From: Felis catus
Lineage: Eukaryota
Direction of reading: 5' to 3'
Assembly: GCF_018350175.1 (NCBI RefSeq)
Contig: NC_058368.1
Coordinates: 208,446,001-208,510,000, forward strand
DNA: 64,000 nt
Position 1 is the stretch's first letter. Every line of letters starts with the position of its first letter. The position numbers were made by a program, and so were the translations under genes. The notes under the pieces are model-generated. The model saw only the letters and a program-made list of their open reading frames with translations. It was not told the origin of the DNA and searched no databases. Shown here one piece after another: positions 38,900 to 50,684 of this stretch.

Positions 38900-41745
38900 G
38901 TTTTGATTGTAAAAAGAATATAACAAAAACTCACCCTCTTAATTGTTAACTATATGCTGGGCACTGTGTGGTACTATGGATTCTAAAACTTTTTCATCTT
39001 GTGTTAATAAAATTATACCCACTGAACAACAGCTCTGTGTTTTCCCTGGCCCCCAGGCCCTGGCAACCACCATTTTACTTTATGTTCCAATCAATATGAT
39101 TGCTTTAGATACCTCATGTAAGTGGAGTCATGCATATTTGTCTTTTTGTGATTGGCTTATTTAAGTTCACATAATGTCCTCAAGTTTTAGCCACAATATT
39201 GCACATGCCAGGATTTCCTTCTTCTTTAAGGCTGAATGATATCTCATTGCATGTATAAACCACATTTTCTTTATCCACTCATCCATTGATGGACATTTAG
39301 GATGCTTTCTAATCTTGGCTATTGTGAATAATGTTGCAGTGAACGTGAGTGTGCAAATATCGCTTCGAGATCCTATTTTCAATTCTTTTTAATATATACT
39401 CAGAAGTGAGATTGTTGGATCATAAGTAGTTATATTTTTAATTTTTTTGAGAAAACCCTATACTGGTTTTCAAAACAGCTGCATCAATTTGTAATCCTAC
39501 CAACAGTTTGCAAAAGTTCCAATTTCTCCACATCCTCACCAACACTTGTTATTTTCTGTTTTGTTCTCGGTTGTTTGTTTGTTTTGTAGTGGCCATCCTA
39601 ACAAGTATGAATGATATCTGATCATGGTTTTTATTTGCATTTACCTGATGATTAGTGATATTGAGCATCTTTTCATTTGCTTTTTGTCCATTTGCACATC
39701 TTTGTTGGATAAAATCTATTCAAATCCTTTGCCCATTTTTAATCAAATTAAACAATATTTGTTTGTTGTTGTTGTTGTTGGGTTGTAGGAGTTCTTTATG
39801 TATGCTGAATATTAATCCCTCATCCAATATAAAGTTTGCAAATATTTTCTCCCATTCTGTAGGTTGCCTTTTTACTCTATCAATTATTTCCTTTGTTGTG
39901 CAGAAGTCTTTAAGTTTAATATAGTATTGCTTAACTAATTTTGCTTTTATTACCTATGCTTTTGGTGTCATATTCAAGAAATCATTGTTATTTCAATGTC
40001 ATGAAGACATTCCCCATGTTTCCTTCTAAGAATTTCATACTTTCAGGTCTTACATTTAGGTCTTGAATCCATTTTGAACTAGTTTTGTATTTGGCATAAG
40101 CATCCATCTTCATTCTTTTGCATGTGGACATCTAGTTTTCCCAGCACCATATATTGAAGAGAATATCCTTTCCCCATTGTGTAGCCTTAGTATCACTGTC
40201 AAAGGTCATTTGATCATTTATGTGAGAATTTATTTCTTATCTCTCTATTCAGTTCCATATATGCTTCTTTATGCCAGTGCCATACTGTTTTGATTACTAT
40301 TACTTTGCAATATGTTTCAAAACTAGAAAGTGTGAGGCCTCCAGTTTTGTTCTTCTGTCTCAAGATTGTTTTTGTTTTTTGGTGTCTTTTGAGATGCTAT
40401 GCAATTTTTTTTCCCTTTCTGCAAAAAATGCCATTGGGATTTTGATAGGGATTGCATTGAATATGTTTATGGCTTTGGAAAGTATGAATATCTTAACAAT
40501 ATTAAGTCTTCCAATCCATGAACATGGAAGGTCTTTCCACTTACTTGTGTCTTTAATTTCATCAGTGTTTTGTAGTTTTTAGCGTACAAGTCTTTTACCT
40601 CCTTGTTTATGTTCATTACAAAGAATTTTATTCTTTTTGGTGCTATTTTAAATGAGATTTTTTTTCTTAGTTTCCTTTTTGAATCATTCATAATTGATGC
40701 AGAGACATGCAACCGAATTTCTAGTGCTGGTTTTATATTCTACAACTCTGCTGAATTCATTTATTCTAATAGTTTCTTTTTTGTGTGGCATCTTTAGGGT
40801 TTTCTACATAGAAGATTATGTCATCTGCAAGCAGAGATAATTTTACTTCTTCTTTTCTAATTTGAATGTGTTGTATATCTTTTTCTTGTGTAATTGCTCT
40901 GGCCAGTACTATGTTAAATAGAAGTGGTGGGCATTCTTATCTTGCTCCTGATCTTAGAGGAAAAGTTTCCAGGTTTTCACTCTTCAGTATGATGTTAGCT
41001 GTGGGATTTTCAAATAAGACCTTATTGTATTGAGGTAGTTTCCTTCTATTCCTAGTCTGTTCAATGTTTGTATCATGGAAGAATTTTTAATTATGTCAAA
41101 TGCTTTTTCTGCATCAATTGAGATGATCATGTGATTCCTGACCTCCATTCTTTTAGTGTGGTGTATTACATCTATTGATTTTTGTATGTTGAACCATTCT
41201 TACATCAAGGGATACAGCCCAGTTGGCCATGGCATGTAATCCTTTTAGTGTGCTGTTGAATTCAGTTTGCTAATATTTTGTTAAGGATTTTTGCATCAAC
41301 ATTCATCAGGGATATTAGTCTGTAGTTTTCTTTTCTTGTAATATTGTTGTCTGGCTTTGGTATCAGGGTAATGCTGGTTTTGTAAAAAGAACGTGGAAGC
41401 GTTTCTTCCTCTTCAGTTTTTTGGAAGAGTTTGAGAAGGATTGATGTTAATTCTTTTTTTAAATGTTTGGTAGAATTCTCCCATGAAGCCATCTGGTCCT
41501 GGAATTTTCTTTGTTGACAGGCTTTTGATTACTGGGTCAGTCTCCTTACTAGCTATAGGTCAGTTCAGACTTTCTATTTCTTCATAATTCAGTCTTGGTA
41601 GGTTGTATGTCTCTAAGAATGTACCTTTTCTTCTCGATTATCCAATTTGTTGGCATATAATTGTTTACAGAAGTCTCTTCTGATCCTTTGTATTTCTGTG
41701 GTACCAGTTGTAATGTCTCCTCTTTCATCTCTGATTTATTTGTCA
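38900..41745 (-). mobile_element. Old 5'-truncated L1 (ORF2 RT to 3'UTR, ~2.8 kb), disabled
   Basis: ORF 41262-41492 [54 protein letters not shown] is L1 ORF2; ORF 39167-39382 LFTIAKIRKHPKCPSMDEWIKKMW is the ORF2 C terminus. Confidence 0.96.
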
Positions 41746-41829
41746 TCATGTTAAAAGGAGATTGTTGACTTAGATTATTTCTAAGGCCTCTTTATCTCTT
41801 AAATTCTTTGGCACCTCAAAGGAACATTT

Positions 41830-42620
41830 AAAAATGTATTATAAAATATTTAAGAGATACAAAATGATATAACATACAATGAATACCTACCTGACTTAAG
41901 AAATAGAAGTTATCAAGGTAATAGACAACCTTCTGCATATATCCTTCCTTAAATGCGTTCTCCATCCCAGAAGAACTCGCCATTCTAAATTTTGTGTTTT
42001 TCATTCTCATGCATTTCTTCATAATTTTATTGTACACATATAAATGGATCCATGAAAATTATGTGGCATTTTTGCCTGCCTTTAACTTTGCATCAGTAGT
42101 GTCATACTATATTTATTCGTCTACAAGTGGTTTTGGTTCTCTTAACATTTTGTGACCTCCATCCATGTTGATGCATGTAACATTTGTTCATTTTCAGCCC
42201 TGTCTAGTAATGATTATATAAAGGTGCCACCATTTATTTGTGCACTGCTGATGGACATTAGGTTGTTTCCATTTTTTTTTAAGCAATGAACTCATATGAT
42301 ACTTGCTGTAATAGTGGATTACTTGAAGCACAGGGAATGTACATTTTCACCTTGACTAAATAATGTCATTTTTTTCCCTAAAGTAATTGAATGAATGTAT
42401 ACTCCCACGAGCAAGGTACAAGATTTCCCATTGTTCAACATTTATACCATCACTTGGTGGTATCATGCATTTTATGCCCAATTTGATGGACATAAGATGG
42501 TAACCTGTTGGAGTTTCACGTGCATTTTATTGGTAACAATCATGGTAGTTCATTTTGTCATATGTGTAGCAGTCATGCATGTTTCTCCTCTGTGAATTGC
42601 TTCTTCATATATTTTGCCTA
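41830..42620 (-). mobile_element. Ancient L1M 3' fragments
   Basis: catccatgttgatgcatgt...gatggacattaggttgtttcc...tttctcctctgtgaattgc. Confidence 0.7.
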
Positions 42621-43624
42621 CCTTTGATTTTTAACATGGATGGACTGTATTTACTCCCACTCCCAGGAAAGCCACGATTGTATGACCAGATCTCACTATT
42701 GTGCAGTGCATTCTTGGGGAATTTATAATATAGCTCCCACTTGTACCACAAGAATTTGTAGACAAGCATCGCCTTTCCTTAGTTGCATTCACTGCATCCA
42801 CATTTTCTTCACACCAGCCAGTGCAGGTGGAGAATGTGAGTCTCCTGTTAGAGAACTGAAACTCGGGGTCCTCATGGCCCTTGTTGCTGAGCTGATGCTG
42901 ATTCTATCCAGATGGCCACCTGCATCGCCTGATCTGGAGAGGCTTAAGCATGCACTGAAAGGAGGTCGTGCACACTGATTCTCCACAGAAAGAGTCATGG
43001 AGTTATGGCTCATGCTCTAATACTTAGAATTTCCTGGGTTTTATGAAGAAATGTGTATTCCTGGTATTTTTCATGGTTGCAAAATACTAACATTTATATA
43101 AAGACGTGTCACAAGTGAAGCCGAAAGAAACACGCCCAAGGTTGAATTTGGGATTTCTCTCACTGCAACTTTGGAGCAGAATATTCACCAAAGAAAGGTT
43201 GGCAATGAAGAGGCAAAAAGCCTATTGTATGAATTTTTGTTTAACTGTTCTTATGGACAACTAATTTTGTCCACCTGGGTTTTAAACAAGTCAGGATACA
43301 AGAGGCGGTGGGTACAAAGGATAAATTGACCTCAGTTTGTGAATCTGTCTAGTCTCTGATTAGTGTGAATTATTGCTGCTGTCACTTCAAATTGCTGCCC
43401 CAGCTGTGTTAGGTTGGTTGATTTGCAAAGTGTAATGCTAATGTAGACTGGTATGTCCACGGTGGGTACAGTCCCACTGGAGAATACTAAACGCTCACTG
43501 ACAGAGTCCAAAGTAAAAAAATAGAAATTGTGGCTTTGTGATTGAGACACAGTTCACGGGACATTCAAAAAGCAGAGAGGAGTAGGTTTTATTTTCCATA
43601 GTCCCCAGTCCCTTTCAAAAATAT

Positions 43625-43626
<2 letters not shown>

Positions 43627-43657
<31 letters not shown>
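43627..43657. repeat. (CA)n microsatellite
   Basis: Direct inspection. Confidence 0.95.
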
Positions 43658-43661
<4 letters not shown>

Positions 43662-44669
43662 TTCAGAAAAGCATAGCTACTCCATGCAGCCCCCATTCTG
43701 CTGAGTTTAGTTTGTCCTATTTCAACTGCTCAGTAGCAAGAAAAGCCAAAAGTCAGGGAAATGAAATAAAGAACAATAAAAACAAAAAGCAAGACAAATT
43801 CTATCAGACCTAAAATTCATAGAAGAATGAGCAAACATGTTCACCAGAAAACCACAAAGCAAACCAGCATGCCACCAAAGTGCCAATCAATTAACACATG
43901 ATTATGGAGTCAAGGTGTTCTGCATCTTCTGGATTGGGAGGCTCCTGTGGCTGCCCTAGCGCTTACAAGAACAGGAATTTAGGAATAGCCTGCACTTGGA
44001 TGGCTGTTTCGATTTTCAATCAGCATCATGCACACAGCCAGCAAAAGGAATATAGAAACAGAGAGCTAAGTAGAGAAGAAATAGATGACTATGCAAGACC
44101 TGGGCAAAGAGAATCTTTGAAATAAATGAACCTTGACTAATCGATCCATCTGCAAATATTTATCTAGGACTCAGTATGTGCAGTCAACGTCTATGCCCTA
44201 TCAGCAGCATGACACTATCTTTCCCTTTTTGCTTCAGTTTTCTCAGCTGTAAATTGGGGACAATAATAGTACCCACCTCGAAGGATCGTGGTGAGTGTTA
44301 AGTGAAATAACACAATTAAAGGATGTAGAGCTGTTCCTGTGCTGGTCAGGCAATCAGTATTAAGGAAGGAGACAAATCCTAAGCACATAGAAACTGAACA
44401 ACAATAAAGACATCAATACAAGAGATGTCACAGGCAGTGCATTATTAATTGCCAAACAAGTGCTTCTCACCCCTGAATGTCAAAACTGAGGGCACAGAGC
44501 TAAGAGAGAGCCAAAAGGAGTTTGGTTTCTCTCACTAGCCAAGCACCTGCCTTTTGCACGTGTCTGAGAAGCTGCAAACTGGGTCCCTCCAGAGACACCA
44601 TGAATTGTGATGGGCTTTTGGGAAAAAACCCAGAGCTGCCCCTTGGCATGGAGGTGGTGCAGCAGAGTG

Positions 44670-44880
44670 CTGGAGAGCATAGCCATGGTACCAGACCGCC
44701 CAAGTTCAAAGCCCAGCACTGGTGTTTACTACTGGTAGGATCCTGGGAAAGTTACTTAAGTCCTGAGTCTCCGTTTCATTATATGTAAATGAGGAAAGAT
44801 AGTAGCATCGATTTCATAGGTTGGCATCAAGATTAAATGAGAGGGTTCATATTATGCTTGCAATAGAGTACCTGGCATGT
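44670..44880 (+). mobile_element. MIR
   Basis: ccagaccgcccaagttcaaagcccagc...aagttacttaag...gtaaatgagg...gattaaatgag. Confidence 0.75.
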
Positions 44881-45018
44881 ACAAAACCATTTCTCATCTA
44901 AATTGAATGCTAAACCAGTTGCTTCTTCAAGATCTCCTAGGAAAGAAATTCCACAATCTGCCCCAATATTCAAAACTTCCCCCTGTGAGGAAATCCTCCC
45001 TTTTTAAAGTGCATATGA

Positions 45019-45548
45019 GGGGCGCCTGGGTGGCGCAGTCGGTTAAGCGTCCGACTTCAGCCAGGTCACGATCTCGAGGTCCGTGAGTTCGAGCCCCGCG
45101 TCAGGCTCTGGGCTGATGGCTCAGAGCCTGGAGCCTGTTTCCGATTCTGTGTCTCCCTCTCTCTCTGCCCCTCCCCCGTTCATGCTCTGTCTCTCGCTGT
45201 CCCAAAAATAAATAAACGTTGAAAAAAAATTTTTTTTAAATAAAAGTGTAAAAATAAAGGCAAATAAACATTGAGTAACTTGTACATAGCTAGTAAGGGA
45301 TAGAGTCAAAATTATTTGGCCCAGTGTGGGGCGCCTGGGTGGCGCAGTCGGTTAAGCGTCCGACTTCAGCCAGGTCACGATCTCGAGGTCCGTGAGTTCG
45401 AGCCCTGCGTCAGGCTCTGGGCTGATGGCTCAGAGCCTGGAGCCTGTTTCTGATTCTGTGTCTCCCTCTCTCTCTGCCCCTCCCCCGTTCATGCTCTGTC
45501 TCTCTCTGTCCCAAAAATAAATAAACATTGAAAAAAAAATTAAAAAAA
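45019..45548 (+). mobile_element. Composite of young CAN-SINE (45019-45245), 82-bp unique spacer and young CAN-SINE (45328-45548) within one TSD
   Basis: TSD AAAGTGCATATGA only at 45006-45018 and 45549-45561. Confidence 0.93.
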
Positions 45549-46708
45549 AAAGTGCATATGATTGGAGAGGGCCATTAGAGATTTTATAAACCAACTCATT
45601 CTACAGATGAGGAAATTGAAGCCTGGGAAGTTTAAGCAACGTGCCTAAAGTTACCCAGATGGTTAGTGGCAGAGCTTGGGGCTGGCTCCCAGTCCTTCTG
45701 ACACCCAAATCCATACTTTTCCTACAAAGGCTGCATTTATTGCTTCCCTCTGCAGGCCCTCTCCTCCTGGGATTCCAAACTCAAGGCAGAGCATTCCAAG
45801 CCCTCCATGGTCTGGCTGTCATCTGCCTGGTGTGGCACCCAATGCATAGCATCCCTCTTCCCTACATGGGCTCTGGGAAAACTGTGAAATAAAGCAAGGG
45901 TGCAAACATGGCCAAAACATCACCTTTATTATCGATAAAGGCTAAATTGGAGAATACAGCTTAGTATGAGAGCCAACGAGCCTGCCAACTATACCCGCCT
46001 CCCCTCCCCCATTAGGCAGACTCCTCCAGACAGCCCCAGGCACGTGGACTGCTTCACAGAGAAGCAGATTTCCCTGTGGCAGACATTTTCAATCCCAAGA
46101 GGAAGAAGGAGGACGGGGCTGAGCAGAACATGCCCAAGCATTCTTCTGCAATGTGCCGATCAGAGAAGTCACTGCACCTCCCTAAGAATGGACAGAAGTT
46201 AGGGGCATGGGTAGGGAAAATCCCCTTTCATAGACACCAAGAGTGGGAAAAGACTTGCTTTTCTAGTTCCACCTTTTTCCAACTACCCTTCCCTTGTTCC
46301 CTATCCTGGCCCTACAAATGACTTGTAAGCCTGTGTCCCCTATTCACTATTCCTGTTTTTGTTCACATTACCTGTCTTGGATAGATTGCCTGTGCCCTCT
46401 GGGTCCCTGAGTGTCAAGTGCCCTTCCATCTTTCAAGACTCAGTTCACCCATCACCTTCTGCATGGAACGCCTCCTCTTCCTTTCTCATTTCCACCCTCA
46501 GCATCTCAGAGGGAAGAATGGGCCAAACCCTTCTGTGTGATCCCATTGTGTTCGTACACTTTCCTTTCCCCTCAGCCCTTTGAGCACTTTATTCCACTTA
46601 ATTTCCTGTGGCAGAGGCTACGTCGTACCTATTCTGGGTTCAAAGCCTTGCATGGAATTTTGAACAAGGTAGGTTCTCAATAACTTCTGGTTGAATAAAT
46701 GATGAATT

Positions 46709-47180
46709 GGGGCGCCTGGGCGGCTCAGTCAGTTAAGCGTCCGACTTCAGCTCAGGTCATGATCTCACGGTCCGTGAGTTCAAGCCCCGCGTCAGGCTCT
46801 GTGCTGACTGCTCAGAGCCTGGAGCCTGTTTCAGATTCTGTGTCTTCCTCTCTCTCTGACCCTCCCCCATTCATGCTCTGTCTCTCTCTGTCTCAAAAAT
46901 AAATAAACGTTCGGGGCGCCTGGGTGGCGCAGTCGGTTAAGCGTCTGACTTCAGCCAGGTCACGATCTCGCGGTCCGTGAGTTCGAGCCCCGCGTCAGGC
47001 TCTGGGCTGATGGCTCAGAGCCTGGAGCCTGTTTCCGATTCTGTGTCTCCCTCTCTCTCTGCCCCTCCCCCATTCATGCTCTGTCTCTCTCTGTCCCAAA
47101 AATAAATAAACGTTGAAAAAAAAATTAAAAAAAAATAAATAAACGTTAAAAAAATAAAAAAAAAGATTTGAAAAGAAAAA
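46709..47180 (+). mobile_element. Nested CAN-SINE pair: young copy 46913-47130 in the tail of an older copy
   Basis: Inner TSD AAAAATAAATAAACGTT (46895-46911/47131-47147); outer TSD AAATGATGAAT (46697-46707/47181-47191). Confidence 0.95.
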
Positions 47181-47832
47181 AAATGATGAATACTTTTCCT
47201 AGGTATATGACACCATGAAGCCAAGTCCTGTCTTCTTCTCCTATTAAAGGATCTCATTCTTTCATTTACCCTTTAAGCATCAATAGGTGAGTGGTACTGT
47301 GTTAGGTACTACAAAGATATATAACTTTTAGTCTCCCCTTTCTAGAAACCTCAAGTCTACTTGGAGAGATAAGGTATGTTCACAAGACACAATTGAGTGC
47401 ATATACATCATTGATACAAATACTTCTTTGTACCCATAGAACGCTTTACAATGTACAAAGCGACACCTGCATAATTTGCCGTTTGATCTAAAGACCACCC
47501 TGTGACTCAAAGTGCACTGACCAGTCCCATCTGACAAATTAGGAAACTGCACTTGAGGAGCACCAGGTGCTTTACCCGAACGCACACACGTGGCGGATGA
47601 CAGAGCTGGAGCTTGAACCCACGCATTGGCTCCTAACTCACATTCACATTAAGCAGCCGAACAGAAGTGATAAAATGTAGTGTGTTTGCGATACCACGAA
47701 GGGAGGGCGGTGTGTATACACACTCCTAGTGTCCCTGTCTTTGGCCAGGTTGAATCCCAACATCCTTACCTGTTCCTCAAAATCTGGCAACAGACGAAGC
47801 CCAGGGTCTTCCTGCCAAACAGATGAAAACAG

Positions 47833-48018
47833 TTTTTTTTAATGTTTATTTATTTTGAGAGGGGGTGGGAAGTCGAGAGAGAGACAGAGAATCCCAAGAA
47901 GGCTTCACTCTGTCAAGAGTGGGGCTGGTGTGGGGCTCAATTTCATAAACCGTGACATCACGACCTGAGTCGAAATCAAGAGTCAGATGCTTAACCAACT
48001 GAGCCACCCAGGCGTCCC
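47833..48018 (-). mobile_element. CAN-SINE (older)
   Basis: gagaatcccaagaaggc...gagccacccaggcgtccc. Confidence 0.9.
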
Positions 48019-48409
48019 TCATGGGGAGTTAGAGGGAGTTTAGGGGCGGAGAAAAGTATTACCTAAGTTGGGATGTTAGCTATCCAGGTCCATCGAACAA
48101 ACTAGAATCTGAAAGAAATACGGATCTGGGTATGTAATATCAATGTCTTTAAAGATTCCTGCTATCCTAGCCCTGAAGATTCCAGTCCATAGGAAAATTC
48201 TTGTATCAAAAATACCTCTTGAAGACTGTGTGGGATAGTTGTGGAATGAACAAATTTGAGTGGGAACTGAGTCATTTCATGGCCAAAAGAAGGGATTAAC
48301 AATAAACAAGCCATGAGATGGAAATCATTCAGATCTGAGAAAGACAGTATTGTTTGTTCCTCCATCTAAATAAGTGACTGCGATTTCACATATATCTTTA
48401 GGTTTCACT

Positions 48410-48985
48410 TGAAGGACAATTGAATGTAAAAGGAGAACATTACAAGGAAAAGCTGTATTCTAAATTACAAGACGTTTCCGGGCAACAGATATTTAAAACA
48501 GAATGGTTAAAGTAACCCATGGCTAGAAGCCAAATTCTGGAGCAGGAGGCCAAATTCTGGAGTTCAGACTCTGTGGCATAACAGGGAATTAAAGTACAGA
48601 AATAAAATTAAACGGTATTGGGTACACCACTACACTGGTCACAGTTAAAGAGAGAACTTATAAATTGGAAGGCAGTTCTGAAGAATTCACCCAGAATACA
48701 GCTCGGAAAGATAAAAGAGATAAATATGAAAGAGCTGTGAGAGACAAGGAGGAGGACTGATAGGTTCCAATGTAGTATCTTTCATTTCCGTGAAAGAAAA
48801 GGAGTGGTTGGGGGAGAAGCAATACTTGCAGAAGTAATGGCTAAGACTTTGTAAGAACTGAAGAAGGTCATGAACCCTCCTGATTAAAAGCACATACTTA
48901 CACAGGGCAGCATTAAAAAAAATAAAGCAAAACCAGATGCTTCATGGTGAAGATGAAGAACACCAAAGGAGAAAATCTTAAGCTG
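48410..48985 (+). mobile_element. Ancient L1M ORF1-region fragment
   Basis: gaagaattcacccagaatacagc...agagataaatatgaaagag...gaagtaatggctaagactt...aaaatcttaa resembles L1M ORF1. Confidence 0.6.
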
Positions 48986-50456
48986 GAGGTGGGGGGGGTG
49001 GGGGGGGTGGGGGGGATAGGGACCTGTCTTCAGATATCTGAAAAGCTGTGTCTTGGGAGAAGAGTTAGTTAGGATACCTCTGAGCCCCTCAGGTGGTGAC
49101 CTAGAACCTAGGAGTAAAAACCACATGGAAGTGGATTTTAAGCGACTTTAAGGAGAAGCTTTCTAATAACAAGGGCTTTCCAGAATGCATAGCTTGTCTT
49201 AAAATAAGAAAGTGAGTTCTGTCACTAGAAATTTTCCTTCCCAAATTAAGTTCCCCATTCGAAAGGGCCCTGGAGGAAAGCTAGGCAGACATGGGAGGTA
49301 CTGGCTGGTTAGGGCCAGGGTGGTAGGACCAGGGCTATCTGAATGGCTTAAACACTGGAAAATGGTGCCTGAAGGATGCAGGGAATTAGAGAGAAAAGAG
49401 CAGTATCCAAAGGGGAAGTGTGATTTTACCCCTATCATGGTTCATTTGGGTCTATCCCCTTCCTTGTCATCTTCTAAATGAATTATATACCTTTCCTCAA
49501 ATTCTACTCCACAAATTGACCTCCCCTAGAGTCAAGCCCCACCTGGATCTTTCAGCAGAGCTATTTGCCATCTTGAAATTCATCACCCCCATCACCTTTT
49601 CTAGAGGAGATTAGACAGCCAACATAAAACTTAACTAGCAATTTCCATTTAAGAAGGTGTCATTGAAAGATGTCTATTTCTAAGTCCTTTTCCCTTAATT
49701 CTCTGATGTAGAAGACAGAGTGACTGCTCTAAAATGACAACTCAGAGAGCAGACTTTGGTTTTACAACGCTCTGTTATGTATACGGACCTCATTTAATTT
49801 GTACCAAAAGAAGGTAAAGCAGTCATTATCATTACCAGGAAATCAAGGATCCAGCTGGTTGTGTAAGGTGTCCAAAACCAACACTCAGCAACAAACCGAG
49901 TGCCTGAGTCTCCAAATCAAGAGATGGCTAATCACCCCAGGTGGTTGAACCTGGGTTCAACCCCAGGTGGTTGAAGCCATCCGGTGGAAGAGCAAATGAA
50001 GAAGTTGCACAGATCAAGTTGCTTCCAGGAAGATTTTTGTCTACCGGGCATTGTATCTTACCTGCCTCCTCCCTGAGTGGGCTCTGTATGTCCCTAACCC
50101 TCCCCAGCTGACACCCAAAAGAAATATTCCCAGAGAGCCATGGTTATGGTAGTTAAGAGAATTAGCAATATCCCCCAGCACTAGTCCCTGGTAGAGAGAA
50201 GGTGTTCAGTAAATGTGTATCGCATTGAATTAGAATTATAGCTCAGACTTGTTATGGGCTGAAGCGACCACCAGTGGGTCGGCCAGGGAAACCAATCAGT
50301 GTTTTTCTATCCCCAGTGCTCACTCTGCTATAGCTACTCTGGCCTTCTTGTTGTTCCTTGAACATACCAAGTTCATTCTTGCCTGGAGTCTGGAACGTTC
50401 CTCCCCTGCTCTCTCACTCCTTCAGGTCTCTCTCCAATAAGGTGTCCCTGAGTTAT

Positions 50457-50684
50457 TTATTTATTTATTTTTTTATTATTTTTTTCAACATTTATTTTTG
50501 GGACAGAGAGAGACAGAGCACGAACGGGGGAGGGGCAGAGAGAGAGGGAGACACAGAGTCGGAAACAGGCTCCAGGCTCTGAGCCATCAGCCCAGAGCCC
50601 GACGCGGGGCTCGAACTCACGGACCGCGAGATCGTGACCTGGCTGAAGTCGGACGCTTAACCGACTGCGCCACCCAGGCGCCCC
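50457..50684 (-). mobile_element. Young full-length felid CAN-SINE inserted in an L2 fragment (~50320-50940)
   Basis: 18-bp TSD AAGGTGTCCCTGAGTTAT at 50439-50456 and 50685-50702; L2-type 3' end tgaatgaatgaa near 50920. Confidence 0.95.
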
